DNA from: an uncultured Pelagibacteraceae bacterium
Lineage (GTDB): Bacteria; Pseudomonadota; Alphaproteobacteria; Pelagibacterales; Pelagibacteraceae
Assembly (NCBI GenBank): GCA_902580505.1
Contig: CACHLB010000003.1
Coordinates: 8,980-72,979, forward strand
DNA: 64,000 nucleotides
Direction: 5' to 3'
Numbering within the stretch: the stretch's first letter is position 1; each line of letters opens with the position of its first letter. This document shows positions 52,523 to 62,203 of the stretch, piece after piece. The translations under genes and the position numbers were made by a program. The notes under the pieces were generated by a model, which saw nothing but the letters and a program-made list of their open reading frames with translations, did not search any database and was not told the DNA's origin.

Positions 52523-52541
52523 AGATTTGTAATTGAATAAC

Positions 52542-53930
52542 ATGAGTAAAAATAAAAACAATAAACCAATTTGGGGTACAAGAATTAAGAAAAATGCCTC
52601 AACTTTATTTAAAAAAGTTGGAGGTTCATTACCAGTAGATAAGAGACTATTTAAAGAAGATATCGAAGGATCAATTGCCCATGTCGAAATGCTTCACAAA
52701 CAGAAAATTATAAATTTTAGAATAAAGAATAAGATAATCTGGGGATTAAAAAGAATAAAAAATGAAATTGTAAAAAAGAAATTCAATTTTAATTATGATT
52801 TAGAAGATATTCATATGAATATAGAAAATAGATTATTTGAACTGATTGGTGATGATGCCGGATATGTTCATACTGCTAGATCTAGAAATGATCAGGTAAT
52901 TACCGACCTTAAATTATGGTTAAAAGAAGCAACAAAAAAAATAATAATTTTATTAGATAATACAAATTCAAATATTCTAAATCTTGCACAAAAAAATATC
53001 AGAACAATTATGCCAGGATTTACACATTTAAAAAATGCACAACCACTATCTTTGGCACATTATCTACTAGCATATGTTGAAATGTTTAAGAGAGATAAGA
53101 AAAAATTTAAGAATAATTTAGAATTTTTAGATGAAAATCCTTTAGGTGTAGGGGCTTTATCTGGTACTTCATTTAATATCGATAGAAATTACACCACAAA
53201 AAAACTTAAATTTAAAAAACCAACAAACAATTCTGTAGATACTGTATCTGATAGAGATTTTGTTTTAGATTTTTTATATTCTTCTCTGGCTTGCTCTTTA
53301 CACATTTCTAGAATTGCTGAAGAACTCATAATTTGGAATTCTGATGCATTTAACTTGATAACTTTAAATGATAAATTAGTAACTGGTTCTTCGATTATGC
53401 CACAAAAAAAGAATCCTGATCCATTGGAATATTTGAGAGGTAAAACTGGAATATTTATTGGAAATATCAATTCTATGATTTCAATATTAAAGGGTTTACC
53501 CTTATCATATTTTAAAGATTTACAGGATGACAAAGAAATTGTTTTTAAAACAAATGATCAATTAAAAATATCGCTATCATTATTGAATGATGTATTAAAA
53601 AATTTAATAATAAATAAAAAAAGTATGCTATCCCTTGCGGAAAAAGGTTTTACTACAGCTACAGATTTATCTGATTACATTGTAAGAGAACTTGGATATC
53701 CATTTAGAAAAGCATACATACAAACAGCGAAAATAATTAATCTAGCTGAAAAAAAAAACAAAAAACTTCACGAACTAGAATTGAAAGAAATAAATCAAAT
53801 TGAGCCAAAACTTACATTAAATGTTTATAAAATACTAAATCTAGAAAATTCAATTATTTCAAAAAAATCTTATGGCGGAACTTCTTTTGAGAACGTTAAG
53901 AAAATGATAAAAAAAGCAAAAAATGAGTAA
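52542..53930 (+). CDS. argH: Argininosuccinate lyase
   Basis: EDIHMNIE, HTARSRNDQV, MPGFTHL, GSSIMPQKKNPD. Confidence 0.97.
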   Translation: MSKNKNNKPIWGTRIKKNASTLFKKVGGSLPVDKRLFKEDIEGSIAHVEMLHKQKIINFRIKNKIIWGLKRIKNEIVKKKFNFNYDLEDIHMNIENRLFELIGDDAGYVHTARSRNDQVITDLKLWLKEATKKIIILLDNTNSNILNLAQKNIRTIMPGFTHLKNAQPLSLAHYLLAYVEMFKRDKKKFKNNLEFLDENPLGVGALSGTSFNIDRNYTTKKLKFKKPTNNSVDTVSDRDFVLDFLYSSLACSLHISRIAEELIIWNSDAFNLITLNDKLVTGSSIMPQKKNPDPLEYLRGKTGIFIGNINSMISILKGLPLSYFKDLQDDKEIVFKTNDQLKISLSLLNDVLKNLIINKKSMLSLAEKGFTTATDLSDYIVRELGYPFRKAYIQTAKIINLAEKKNKKLHELELKEINQIEPKLTLNVYKILNLENSIISKKSYGGTSFENVKKMIKKAKNE

Positions 53931-54039
53931 AAAAATTTTAATTATTATACTTTGTTTATATTTTGTAGTTGCTTGTGGGCGTAAAGGCGATCCAGAGTAT
54001 AAATCTGAATTAAGTAAGAATATTCAAAAAGTATTATGA
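53923..54039 (+). CDS. 38-aa lipoprotein, LptM/YifL/LppL-like (MSKKILIIILCLYFVVACGRKGDPEYKSELSKNIQKVL)
   Basis: Basic n-region, hydrophobic h-region, lipobox VVA-C then GRKG; overlaps the argH stop and lysA start (ATGA). Confidence 0.8.
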   Translation: MSKKILIIILCLYFVVACGRKGDPEYKSELSKNIQKVL

Positions 54040-55250
54040 GATATTTAAACAATAAATTTTTTATTGAAGGAAAAAACGTTGAGAGTCTGACAAAAAAATT
54101 TAATACACCTCTATACTGCTACTCTTACAAAAATTTAAGAGAAAATGTAGAGAATTTTAAAAAAGCTTTTAAGGAAATAAGACCTTTAATTTGTTTTTCT
54201 GTAAAATCTAATTCTAATATTTCACTATTAAAAGAAATAAAAAAACTTGGCCTCGGGGCAGATGTGGTTTCAAAAGGTGAATTATATGCATCACTTAAGG
54301 CTGGTATTAACAAAAACAAAATAGTTTTCTCTGGAGTTGGTAAAACAAAAGATGAAATTGAGTACGCCATTAAGCAAAAAATATTATTAATAAATTCTGA
54401 GTCATTGAGTGAAGTTTTGGCGATTGAAGCGGCTGCAAAAAAACTAAATAAAGTTGTTGATATAGGACTAAGATTAAATCCAGATACAGATGCTGAAACA
54501 TTGAAACAAATTTCAACTGGTAAAAGTGAAAATAAATTTGGTGTAGATAAAAAGACTTTTGTAAAAATTATTAATTTGATGAAACAATCAAAATTTATAA
54601 ATATTAAATGCTTAAGTGTTCATATCGGTAGTCAAATCTTAAACCACAAACCCTACGAAAAAATGCTAAATGTTCTTGATAAACTTTTAAGAAGTTTAGA
54701 TTATAAATTTGAGTTTATTGATTTAGGTGGGGGGATGGGGATTAATTATGACAATAAAACGAAAAAACTTAATTATACAAAATATAAAAAATCAATAATT
54801 AAATTTAAAAAAAAATACAATTGTAAAATAATTTTTGAACCTGGTAGATCTATAATTGGAAATGTTGGTATACTTGCAACTAAAGTAATTTATTTAAAAC
54901 ATAATAAGACAAAAACATTTGTGATATTGGATGCAGCAATGAATGATTTGATAAGACCAGCTTTATATAATGCAAAACATAGAATAGTTCCATCCCAAAG
55001 AAATAAGTCGCAATCAAAGAAAATATTAGAATTTGTAGGCCCTGTATGTGAAACAACTGATAAATTTTTAACAGAAAGGAATTTTCAGAATATAAAAGAA
55101 AATGATATTATGATTATTTGCGATACAGGTGCCTATGGTTATTCATTATCATCTAATTATAATCTTAGATTAAGGCCTGCTGAAATTTTGATTAAAGGAA
55201 ATAAAGTAAAGATTATAAGAAAAAGACAAAAAATAACAGATATTATCTAA
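54036..55250 (+). CDS. lysA: Diaminopimelate decarboxylase
   Basis: FSVKSNSN, DVVSKGE, HIGSQ, DLGGG, EPGR, GPVCETTD, GAYG...SNYN. Confidence 0.96.
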   Translation: MRYLNNKFFIEGKNVESLTKKFNTPLYCYSYKNLRENVENFKKAFKEIRPLICFSVKSNSNISLLKEIKKLGLGADVVSKGELYASLKAGINKNKIVFSGVGKTKDEIEYAIKQKILLINSESLSEVLAIEAAAKKLNKVVDIGLRLNPDTDAETLKQISTGKSENKFGVDKKTFVKIINLMKQSKFINIKCLSVHIGSQILNHKPYEKMLNVLDKLLRSLDYKFEFIDLGGGMGINYDNKTKKLNYTKYKKSIIKFKKKYNCKIIFEPGRSIIGNVGILATKVIYLKHNKTKTFVILDAAMNDLIRPALYNAKHRIVPSQRNKSQSKKILEFVGPVCETTDKFLTERNFQNIKENDIMIICDTGAYGYSLSSNYNLRLRPAEILIKGNKVKIIRKRQKITDII

Positions 55251-55263
55251 CTTAAAACTTATA

Positions 55264-55962
55264 ATGAGAAATATCCTCTTTAAAAGTATATTTTTTTCTG
55301 GATTAATTTTAATATGTATTATTTTTCTTCCATCTTTATTACTACCAAAGAAAATCACTCTTTTTGGAGGTAAACTTTTTGGATACTGGTCCTCATTCTG
55401 TTTAAAAATTTTTTACTCAACCAGCATAGTAATAAAAGGTCAAGAAAACATAATTAATAACGAAAATTTCTTCATCGCATGCTCTCATCAATCGATGTTT
55501 GAAACTTTTTTTTTACAAACAATATTTAATTCACCAATTTTTATTCTTAAAAAAGAACTATTAAATATTCCGATATTTGGTTGGTATTTAAGAAAGATAG
55601 ATTCTATTTCTGTGAATAGAAATAAAGTTTCTAAAGAAAACCTTAATTTTACTGAAAAAATTAAAGAAGTTATGGAAAAAACAAAAAGACCTGTAATAAT
55701 TTTTCCACAAGCTACTCGAGTTCTACCAGATGAAATTATTCCTTTTAAAAAGGGAGTTGGAAGAATTTACAGAGAATTAAATGTAAAATGTCAACCCGTC
55801 GCTATTGACTCTGGAAGAGTATGGCCAAAATCTGGAAAGATGATACCCAATAAAACGATTACTATTTCTATTTTAAAACCAATTAATACAGGTATCGAAG
55901 AAACAGAATTTGTAAAATTATTGCAAAAAGAAATTTATTCCGAGCTTGGTCTTGCTAACTAA
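55264..55962 (+). CDS. plsC: 1-acyl-sn-glycerol-3-phosphate acyltransferase
   Basis: SHQSMFET (HX4D/E), KKEL, IFPQATR, FKKG. Confidence 0.85.
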   Translation: MRNILFKSIFFSGLILICIIFLPSLLLPKKITLFGGKLFGYWSSFCLKIFYSTSIVIKGQENIINNENFFIACSHQSMFETFFLQTIFNSPIFILKKELLNIPIFGWYLRKIDSISVNRNKVSKENLNFTEKIKEVMEKTKRPVIIFPQATRVLPDEIIPFKKGVGRIYRELNVKCQPVAIDSGRVWPKSGKMIPNKTITISILKPINTGIEETEFVKLLQKEIYSELGLAN

Positions 55963-57071
55963 CCTTTCATAGGCATTACAACATAAATACTGTCAAAATC
56001 TGCAGGATCTTTTATTAAAGCTGGAGATCCAGTATCCTTCAAATATATTTCAATGTTATCACCATTTAGTTGGGATGCTATATCTAGCAAATATCTAGAA
56101 TTAAAACTTATATCTAAATCTGACTCAAATTTTACAGATAGGCTTTCTTTACCATCACCACTATTAGTATTATTGACAGATAAATCTAAATTATCTTTAG
56201 TCAAATTAAATTTTACACCATCTTTTTTATCTAGAGAAACTGATGCTACTCTATCAACGGAATTTAGAAAAGATTTTAGATCTATTTCAAGTTTTTTTTG
56301 ATTCTCTCTAGGGATAACTTGAATATAATTAGGGAATTTTCCATCGATTAATTTTGATATCAAAATACTATTATTAAGTTCAAATTTAATTTTGGATTTA
56401 ATATTTGAGACTTTAACCTCGCCATCATAATCTTCTAAAAGAGAACATAATTGAAATATAGTTTTTTTTGGAAGTATTATTGGTTCAAATTCAATTTTGT
56501 TTTTTAATCTTATTTTTGAGATAGACATTCTATGGCTATCTGTTGCGGCTGCTGTTAAAAAATTCTTATCATCTGTTTGGGTCTGATGGAAAAAAATACC
56601 ACTAAGATAATGCCTTGTTTCATCGTTTGAAATCGAAAATTTACATTTGTTTAAAAGTTTTAATAAATCTTTTGAATTTATAGTAAATTCATTTTCATTG
56701 AAATTTTCATCTGTAATTGGAAATTCAGAAGCATTAATTGAATTTAAATTGAATAGAGATTTATTTGATTCTAGTTGTAATTTACTTTCTCCAGTATTTT
56801 CAAAATTTATCTGGCTACCAGAGGGTATTTTTCTTACAATATCAAACATAATTGATGAAGAAGTAGTTGTTTTGCCTTCATCAAAAATTTTAATATTTGA
56901 AATTTCATTTACAAATATTAAGTCTAAATCTGTTGCTGTAATTTTTAACTTTGAATTTGCTGCCTCTATCAAAATATTTGAAAGTATAGGTAAAGTGCTT
57001 CTTTTTTCTATTACACCCTGACAATAACCTAAAGATTTTTGCAAATCTTGTTGATTAACACTAAATTTCAT
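55959..57071 (-). CDS. dnaN: DNA polymerase III beta sliding clamp
   Basis: TLPILSN, ATDLD, DETRHYLSG, ATDSHR, SKLIDGKFP, VVMPM. Confidence 0.97.
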   Translation of the reverse strand: MKFSVNQQDLQKSLGYCQGVIEKRSTLPILSNILIEAANSKLKITATDLDLIFVNEISNIKIFDEGKTTTSSSIMFDIVRKIPSGSQINFENTGESKLQLESNKSLFNLNSINASEFPITDENFNENEFTINSKDLLKLLNKCKFSISNDETRHYLSGIFFHQTQTDDKNFLTAAATDSHRMSISKIRLKNKIEFEPIILPKKTIFQLCSLLEDYDGEVKVSNIKSKIKFELNNSILISKLIDGKFPNYIQVIPRENQKKLEIDLKSFLNSVDRVASVSLDKKDGVKFNLTKDNLDLSVNNTNSGDGKESLSVKFESDLDISFNSRYLLDIASQLNGDNIEIYLKDTGSPALIKDPADFDSIYVVMPMKG

Positions 57072-58470
57072 TTTCTTGTTTGTATAATATTTTATTCTTT
57101 AGGCTATCAATGCTTAAATTTAATTCATTATCGTCTTTTCTTAATTTCTCTATTGTTTTAACTGAATGAATAACAGTTGTGTGATCTCTATTAGCAAATG
57201 ATCGACCTATCTCTGGTAAAGATTTAGATGTCAGCATTTTTGCTAAATAAATAGCAGTTTGTCTTGGTCTTACAAGGTATCTTGATCTTCTTGGTGACAA
57301 CATTTCGTTTTTACTTATTTTAAAATATTTACAGACTATTGTTTGAATATTGTCTATATCAACTTTATTTTCTGTTAAATTTAAGAGATCTTTTAATATT
57401 ACTTTTACCTCTGACATTGAAGGTGTTTTTCCATAAATTCTTGAGAAAGATACTATTCTATTAAATGCACCTACAAGTTCTCTGATACTAGTGTTAACTT
57501 CTGTACTGATAAATTTTATGATCTCATCACTGATTTTAATATTATTTGGATCATGAATTTTGAGATCATCATTTTTGGATTTTATTATATTGTATCTTAA
57601 TTCAAAATCAGCATTTTGAATATCAACTACTAGTCCTCCTGAAAATCTAGATTTAATTCTCTCTTGTATTCTAGTTAATTTGTTTGGTGGTCTATCTGCT
57701 GATACTATAATTTGTGATCCTTTCTCTAACAAAACATTAAATGTGTGGAAAAACTCTTCTTGCATAGCTTCTTTTCCATTCATAAATTGAATATCATCAA
57801 TCAAAAATATGTCAGTATTTCTAAAATACTCTTTAAACTTTACCATATCATTAGATTTTATCGATTTTACAAATTGATACATAAATCTTTCAGCTGAAAT
57901 AAACATTACTTTATTTTTTTCTTTCAAACTTAATCCAATTGCATTTAACAAATGTGTCTTACCCATTCCAACTCCACCATAAATATATAGAGGATTATAA
58001 TGAGCTATTTGTTCTGAGACTTTTTTTGCAGCTTCAAAAGCTAGTTTATTACTTTTCCCTAGCAAGAAATTCTCAAAGTTTTTATTTGGATCAATTCGAT
58101 TATATTGAAGATATGAATCTTTAATGAATGAAACCTTTTCATTATCAGATGAATGATCTGGTTTTATTTCATCAGTATTTTTGTTCTTTATATTCTCGTG
58201 AATCACAAATTCTATTCTGGAAATATCTTTTTTATATAATTTAATTATTTGTAATATTTGATCTAAATATCTTGAAGTTATCCAGTCTCTGATAAATCTT
58301 GTCGAAACGGATAATAAAACATAATTTTTAAACTCATCAACCAAATCAATTTTTTTTAACCAACTATCATAAATCTCAGAACCAAACTTATTTTTCATTT
58401 CATTTTGTAATAATTTCCAATCAATCTTATTAATATTGTCTGATTTAATGTTTGTGAGATTATTTTTCAT
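57061..58470 (-). CDS. dnaA: Chromosomal replication initiator
   Basis: YNPLYIYGGVGMGKTHL, IDDIQF, QEEFFHTFN, RELVGA, SLPEIGRSFANRDHTTVIH. Confidence 0.98.
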   Translation of the reverse strand: MKNNLTNIKSDNINKIDWKLLQNEMKNKFGSEIYDSWLKKIDLVDEFKNYVLLSVSTRFIRDWITSRYLDQILQIIKLYKKDISRIEFVIHENIKNKNTDEIKPDHSSDNEKVSFIKDSYLQYNRIDPNKNFENFLLGKSNKLAFEAAKKVSEQIAHYNPLYIYGGVGMGKTHLLNAIGLSLKEKNKVMFISAERFMYQFVKSIKSNDMVKFKEYFRNTDIFLIDDIQFMNGKEAMQEEFFHTFNVLLEKGSQIIVSADRPPNKLTRIQERIKSRFSGGLVVDIQNADFELRYNIIKSKNDDLKIHDPNNIKISDEIIKFISTEVNTSIRELVGAFNRIVSFSRIYGKTPSMSEVKVILKDLLNLTENKVDIDNIQTIVCKYFKISKNEMLSPRRSRYLVRPRQTAIYLAKMLTSKSLPEIGRSFANRDHTTVIHSVKTIEKLRKDDNELNLSIDSLKNKILYKQENEI

Positions 58471-58715
58471 GAGAGTCTGTTAAACTCCTATTCATAATTC
58501 AATGCAATAAATTTATTTTTATTCTCAAAAAAAAATAAAATTTACAATTGTATAAATTAATAATTGAATCTATTTTTAGGGACTTAAAATTAGTAATCTT
58601 AAATTTACTTTTTTTATCTTTTTTTTTATCTTGGGACTAAAAGATTAAAAGATTCTTTTTTTAATTGAAAAAATAATCTCTAGGGTTGTAATTTCTTTAA
58701 GTAAACTAAAAGTTG

Positions 58716-58976
58716 TTATAAGGAATTTATTTTTTTTGTTATTCTAGAAATATTTCTTGACGCGTTTTGCTTTTTTATCACCCCTGTTTTTGCTATTTTC
58801 ATCAATTCAGAGTTTAATTTTGGCAAGAATGCTAAAGCTTCTTTTTTGTCCTTTTTATCAAGAATTAAATTCATTTTTTTTATTGCAGATCTAAACCTGC
58901 TTTTTCTAGACTTATTTACCATTGTTTGACGTGAAATACGTCTTATTCGTTTAATAGCTGATTTAGTGTTTGCCAT
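58716..58976 (-). CDS. rpsT: 30S ribosomal protein S20
   Basis: MANTKSAIKRIR...KQNASRNISR; start moved to 58976. Confidence 0.95.
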   Translation of the reverse strand: MANTKSAIKRIRRISRQTMVNKSRKSRFRSAIKKMNLILDKKDKKEALAFLPKLNSELMKIAKTGVIKKQNASRNISRITKKINSL

Positions 58977-58985
58977 AAGCGCGAT

Positions 58986-59014
58986 TGTATATAACGAGAA
59001 ATTTATACGGTCAA
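58986..59014 (-). promoter_or_regulatory. Putative sigma70 promoter of rpsT
   Basis: Minus strand TTGACC-N17-TATACA followed by GC-rich ATCGCGC and the ATG 9 nt later. Confidence 0.5.
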
Positions 59015-59026
59015 TATAATAATTTT

Positions 59027-59890
59027 TTATTTTTGACAAATATTACAAAAAAATGTTGATCTATTAGTGATAAATTTTTTTTTTATTGTCCCTTTGCATC
59101 CTGGTGAAAGACAACTCTTATTTTCTCTATTGTATACTTTAAAGTTATCTTGAAAAGATCCATTTTTACCAACTATATTTTTAAAATCTCTAATACTAGA
59201 CCCACCTTTTTTTATCGCTAAATTTAAAATTTTTCTTGAATATTTAATAATATTAATACAATCGTTATCACTTAAAGATTTTGCTTTTTTTTTTGGATTT
59301 ATTTTAGAGCTGAATAAAATTTCACTTGCATAAATATTCCCCAAACCTGAAACAAACTTTTGATCTAAGAGAAAATTTTTTATATTCTTTTTCTTTTTAT
59401 AAAAATATTTTTTTAAGTAGTTGAGATTAAATTTTGAAGAAAAAGGCTCAGGACCATAGTTATTTATAAAATTTTCTAAATTATTCTTATTTTCAAATAA
59501 TTTGAAATAACCAAATCTTCTGGGATCATTATATATAATTTTTATGTTATCAAATTCTAAAAACACATGGTTATGTTTTTTTGGTAAATAAGGACTATGA
59601 TAAAAACTTGCATTTGTTTTTTGATTTAAAATATTTTTTCTTAAGAGATGTATAGTGCCAGACATTCCAAGATGAATTAAGCAAAATTTTTCATCATTTA
59701 AAACTAGTATGATATATTTTGAAAACCGCTCAATTTTTTTTATTAATTTTGATTGAAGTCTTGTTTCAAAACCTTTTTTTATTTTGTACCTTAAATTCCT
59801 ATTTTTTATACTTACTTTTTTTATTTTTTTTCCTGTTATTGTTCTACTTAGTGACTCTTTAACAACTTCTACTTCTGGCAATTCTGGCAT
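59027..59890 (-). CDS. mutM: Formamidopyrimidine-DNA glycosylase
   Basis: N-terminal MPELPEVE, HLGMSG, DPRRFG, GLGNIYASE, C-terminal Cys4 zinc finger. Confidence 0.97.
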   Translation of the reverse strand: MPELPEVEVVKESLSRTITGKKIKKVSIKNRNLRYKIKKGFETRLQSKLIKKIERFSKYIILVLNDEKFCLIHLGMSGTIHLLRKNILNQKTNASFYHSPYLPKKHNHVFLEFDNIKIIYNDPRRFGYFKLFENKNNLENFINNYGPEPFSSKFNLNYLKKYFYKKKKNIKNFLLDQKFVSGLGNIYASEILFSSKINPKKKAKSLSDNDCINIIKYSRKILNLAIKKGGSSIRDFKNIVGKNGSFQDNFKVYNRENKSCLSPGCKGTIKKKFITNRSTFFCNICQK

Positions 59891-59922
59891 TTATTATTAT
59901 ATTAATTAATATTATTTATTTT

Positions 59923-60630
59923 ATGCAACAATATCTTCAAAATAAAAAAGGTCTAGTCCAAGGTGTCTTTGATAAAGTTTATGATAAATACGACATCATG
60001 AATGATTTGATGTCACTCGGAGTTCATAGAATCTGGAAAAGAAATTTAATAAATTGGATGAACCCAGGTAAAAATAAAATTCTAGCAGATGTTGCATGTG
60101 GCACAGGTGATATAGCAAAACTTTTTATCGATAATAGTTCAAATAAAAATATAGAATTATTTTGTATTGACCCCAATGAAGGAATGATGAAAAGGGGAAA
60201 AAATAGACTATCAAATTACAAAAATATCAAGTGGATTAAGGGGTCGGCAGAGAAATTGCCTTTAAAATCTAATTCATGTGATTATTACACAATCAGTTTT
60301 GGTTTAAGAAATACAAAAAATATTAATAAATCCTTAAGTGAAGCGTACAGAGTTTTAAAGTCAGGAGGTAGATTTTTTTGTTTAGAATTTTCAAAAATTC
60401 AAAATTTAAACTTAGATTTAGTCTATAAAAGATACTCTAAATTAATTCCAGAAATAGGAAAATTTGTGGTTGGTGAAAAAGAGCCTTATGAATATCTAAT
60501 AAAAAGTATCCAAGAATTTGTTAATCAAGAGGAATTAAAGGGTTTAATGGAGAAAAATAATTTTATTAAATGTGATTATAGAAACTTTTCTGGTGGAATA
60601 GTAGCTATTCATTCAGGTTGGAAAGTATGA
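59923..60630 (+). CDS. ubiE: Ubiquinone/menaquinone C-methyltransferase
   Basis: YDIMNDLMSLGVHRIWK, DVACGTGD, ISFGLRN, CLEFS. Confidence 0.96.
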   Translation: MQQYLQNKKGLVQGVFDKVYDKYDIMNDLMSLGVHRIWKRNLINWMNPGKNKILADVACGTGDIAKLFIDNSSNKNIELFCIDPNEGMMKRGKNRLSNYKNIKWIKGSAEKLPLKSNSCDYYTISFGLRNTKNINKSLSEAYRVLKSGGRFFCLEFSKIQNLNLDLVYKRYSKLIPEIGKFVVGEKEPYEYLIKSIQEFVNQEELKGLMEKNNFIKCDYRNFSGGIVAIHSGWKV

Positions 60631-62195
60631 TTAAAAAATTATACATACTTTTTAAGCTTGGAAGGAAATTAGCAAAATCTGACGCTTTAAGTATATTCAC
60701 AAAGTTTCATAATCCACCGATTGGAATAAAAATTTTATTCTATTTGTTGTCTTTATCATTTTCAAAAAAAGATAATTCTTTTGTAAATGAAACCGAAGGT
60801 GAAAGATTATCAAACTCCTTGCAATCTATGGGTACAACATTCATTAAATTAGGTCAATTTCTAGCAACTAGACCAGATATAATTGGAGAAAAGTTATCAA
60901 AGCAACTAGAAAGTTTACAAGATCGTTTGCCTCCCTTTGAATTATCAAAAGCTAAAGAAATAATCAAAAAGGATCTAGGGGAAGATAATTTTAATTCAAT
61001 TATAAATCTATCTGAACCAGTGGCAGCAGCATCTATAGCTCAAGTTCATAAAGCGCAAATAAATGATAATGGCACAATTAAAGATGTGGCTATAAAAATT
61101 TTACGCCCAAATATAAAAAAAATATTCAACGAAGAAATTGATGCTTTGATGCTTTTTGCTTTTTTAACTGAGTCAATTATCAAAAAGACAAAAAGACTTA
61201 AATTAGTTGAGGTTGTTTATTTGCTAAAAGAAATAACCAATTTAGAAATGGATTTAAGATTTGAAGCCGCTGCAGCTAATGAGTATTCTGAAAACACAAA
61301 GAATGACAGTGGATTTGAAGTTCCTAGAATTTATTGGAATTTCACAAGTGAAAATGTAATGACTTTAGACTGGGTTGAAGGTATCTCTATAAGAGAAACA
61401 GAAGAGTTAGAAAAAAGAAATATAGATACCAAAAAAATTGCATCAGATATTATTCAACATTTTCTAAGACATGCTGTTAGAGATGGTTTTTTTCATGCAG
61501 ATATGCATCAAGGTAACATTTTTATAAACAATAGTGGTCAAATAGTTCCTATCGATTTTGGTATAATGGGAAGGCTCGATGATTTGAGTAAAAAATTTCT
61601 TGCTGAGATTTTATATGGATTTATTAAACGAGATTATAAAAAAGTGGCTGAAGTTCATTTGGCTGCAGGGTTAGTTCCAAAAGAAGTGCCTGTTGATGAT
61701 CTCGCCCAAGCACTAAGATCAATAGGAGAGCCAATATTTGGTCAGTCAATTAAAGATATATCTGGCGGTAAACTACTCAAACAACTTTTTGATGTGACAG
61801 AAAAATTTAATATGCAGACTCAACCACAGTTACTAATGCTACAGAAAACCATGGTAGTAGTTGAAGGTGTTGCAAGAAGATTAAATCCAGAGACAAACAT
61901 TTGGGAAACGTCAAGACCTGTTCTTGAAAAATGGCTTAAAGAAACAAAAGATCCTATAACAACATTAAATGAAACTCTAAAAAATTCTGCAGAAGTTATA
62001 AAAAGATTACCAGAAATGCCGCAAATAATGGATAAAGCAAACCAAGCATTAACATTTCTTGCAAGTGGACAAATTCCACAAAATACTAATACGTATAATG
62101 ATCTAAATACAAAAAAAAATGAAATGGTAGCTTTCAGAAATCAATCAATCATTGGTTTATTATTACTTGTAATTTTAGGATTAGTAGTATTTTAA
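60627..62195 (+). CDS. ubiB: Ubiquinone biosynthesis protein kinase-like UbiB
   Basis: FIKLGQFLATRPD, AAASIAQVH, FFHADMHQGN, DFGIMG. Confidence 0.96.
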   Translation: MIKKLYILFKLGRKLAKSDALSIFTKFHNPPIGIKILFYLLSLSFSKKDNSFVNETEGERLSNSLQSMGTTFIKLGQFLATRPDIIGEKLSKQLESLQDRLPPFELSKAKEIIKKDLGEDNFNSIINLSEPVAAASIAQVHKAQINDNGTIKDVAIKILRPNIKKIFNEEIDALMLFAFLTESIIKKTKRLKLVEVVYLLKEITNLEMDLRFEAAAANEYSENTKNDSGFEVPRIYWNFTSENVMTLDWVEGISIRETEELEKRNIDTKKIASDIIQHFLRHAVRDGFFHADMHQGNIFINNSGQIVPIDFGIMGRLDDLSKKFLAEILYGFIKRDYKKVAEVHLAAGLVPKEVPVDDLAQALRSIGEPIFGQSIKDISGGKLLKQLFDVTEKFNMQTQPQLLMLQKTMVVVEGVARRLNPETNIWETSRPVLEKWLKETKDPITTLNETLKNSAEVIKRLPEMPQIMDKANQALTFLASGQIPQNTNTYNDLNTKKNEMVAFRNQSIIGLLLLVILGLVVF

Positions 62196-62203
62196 TCTCG
62201 ACG

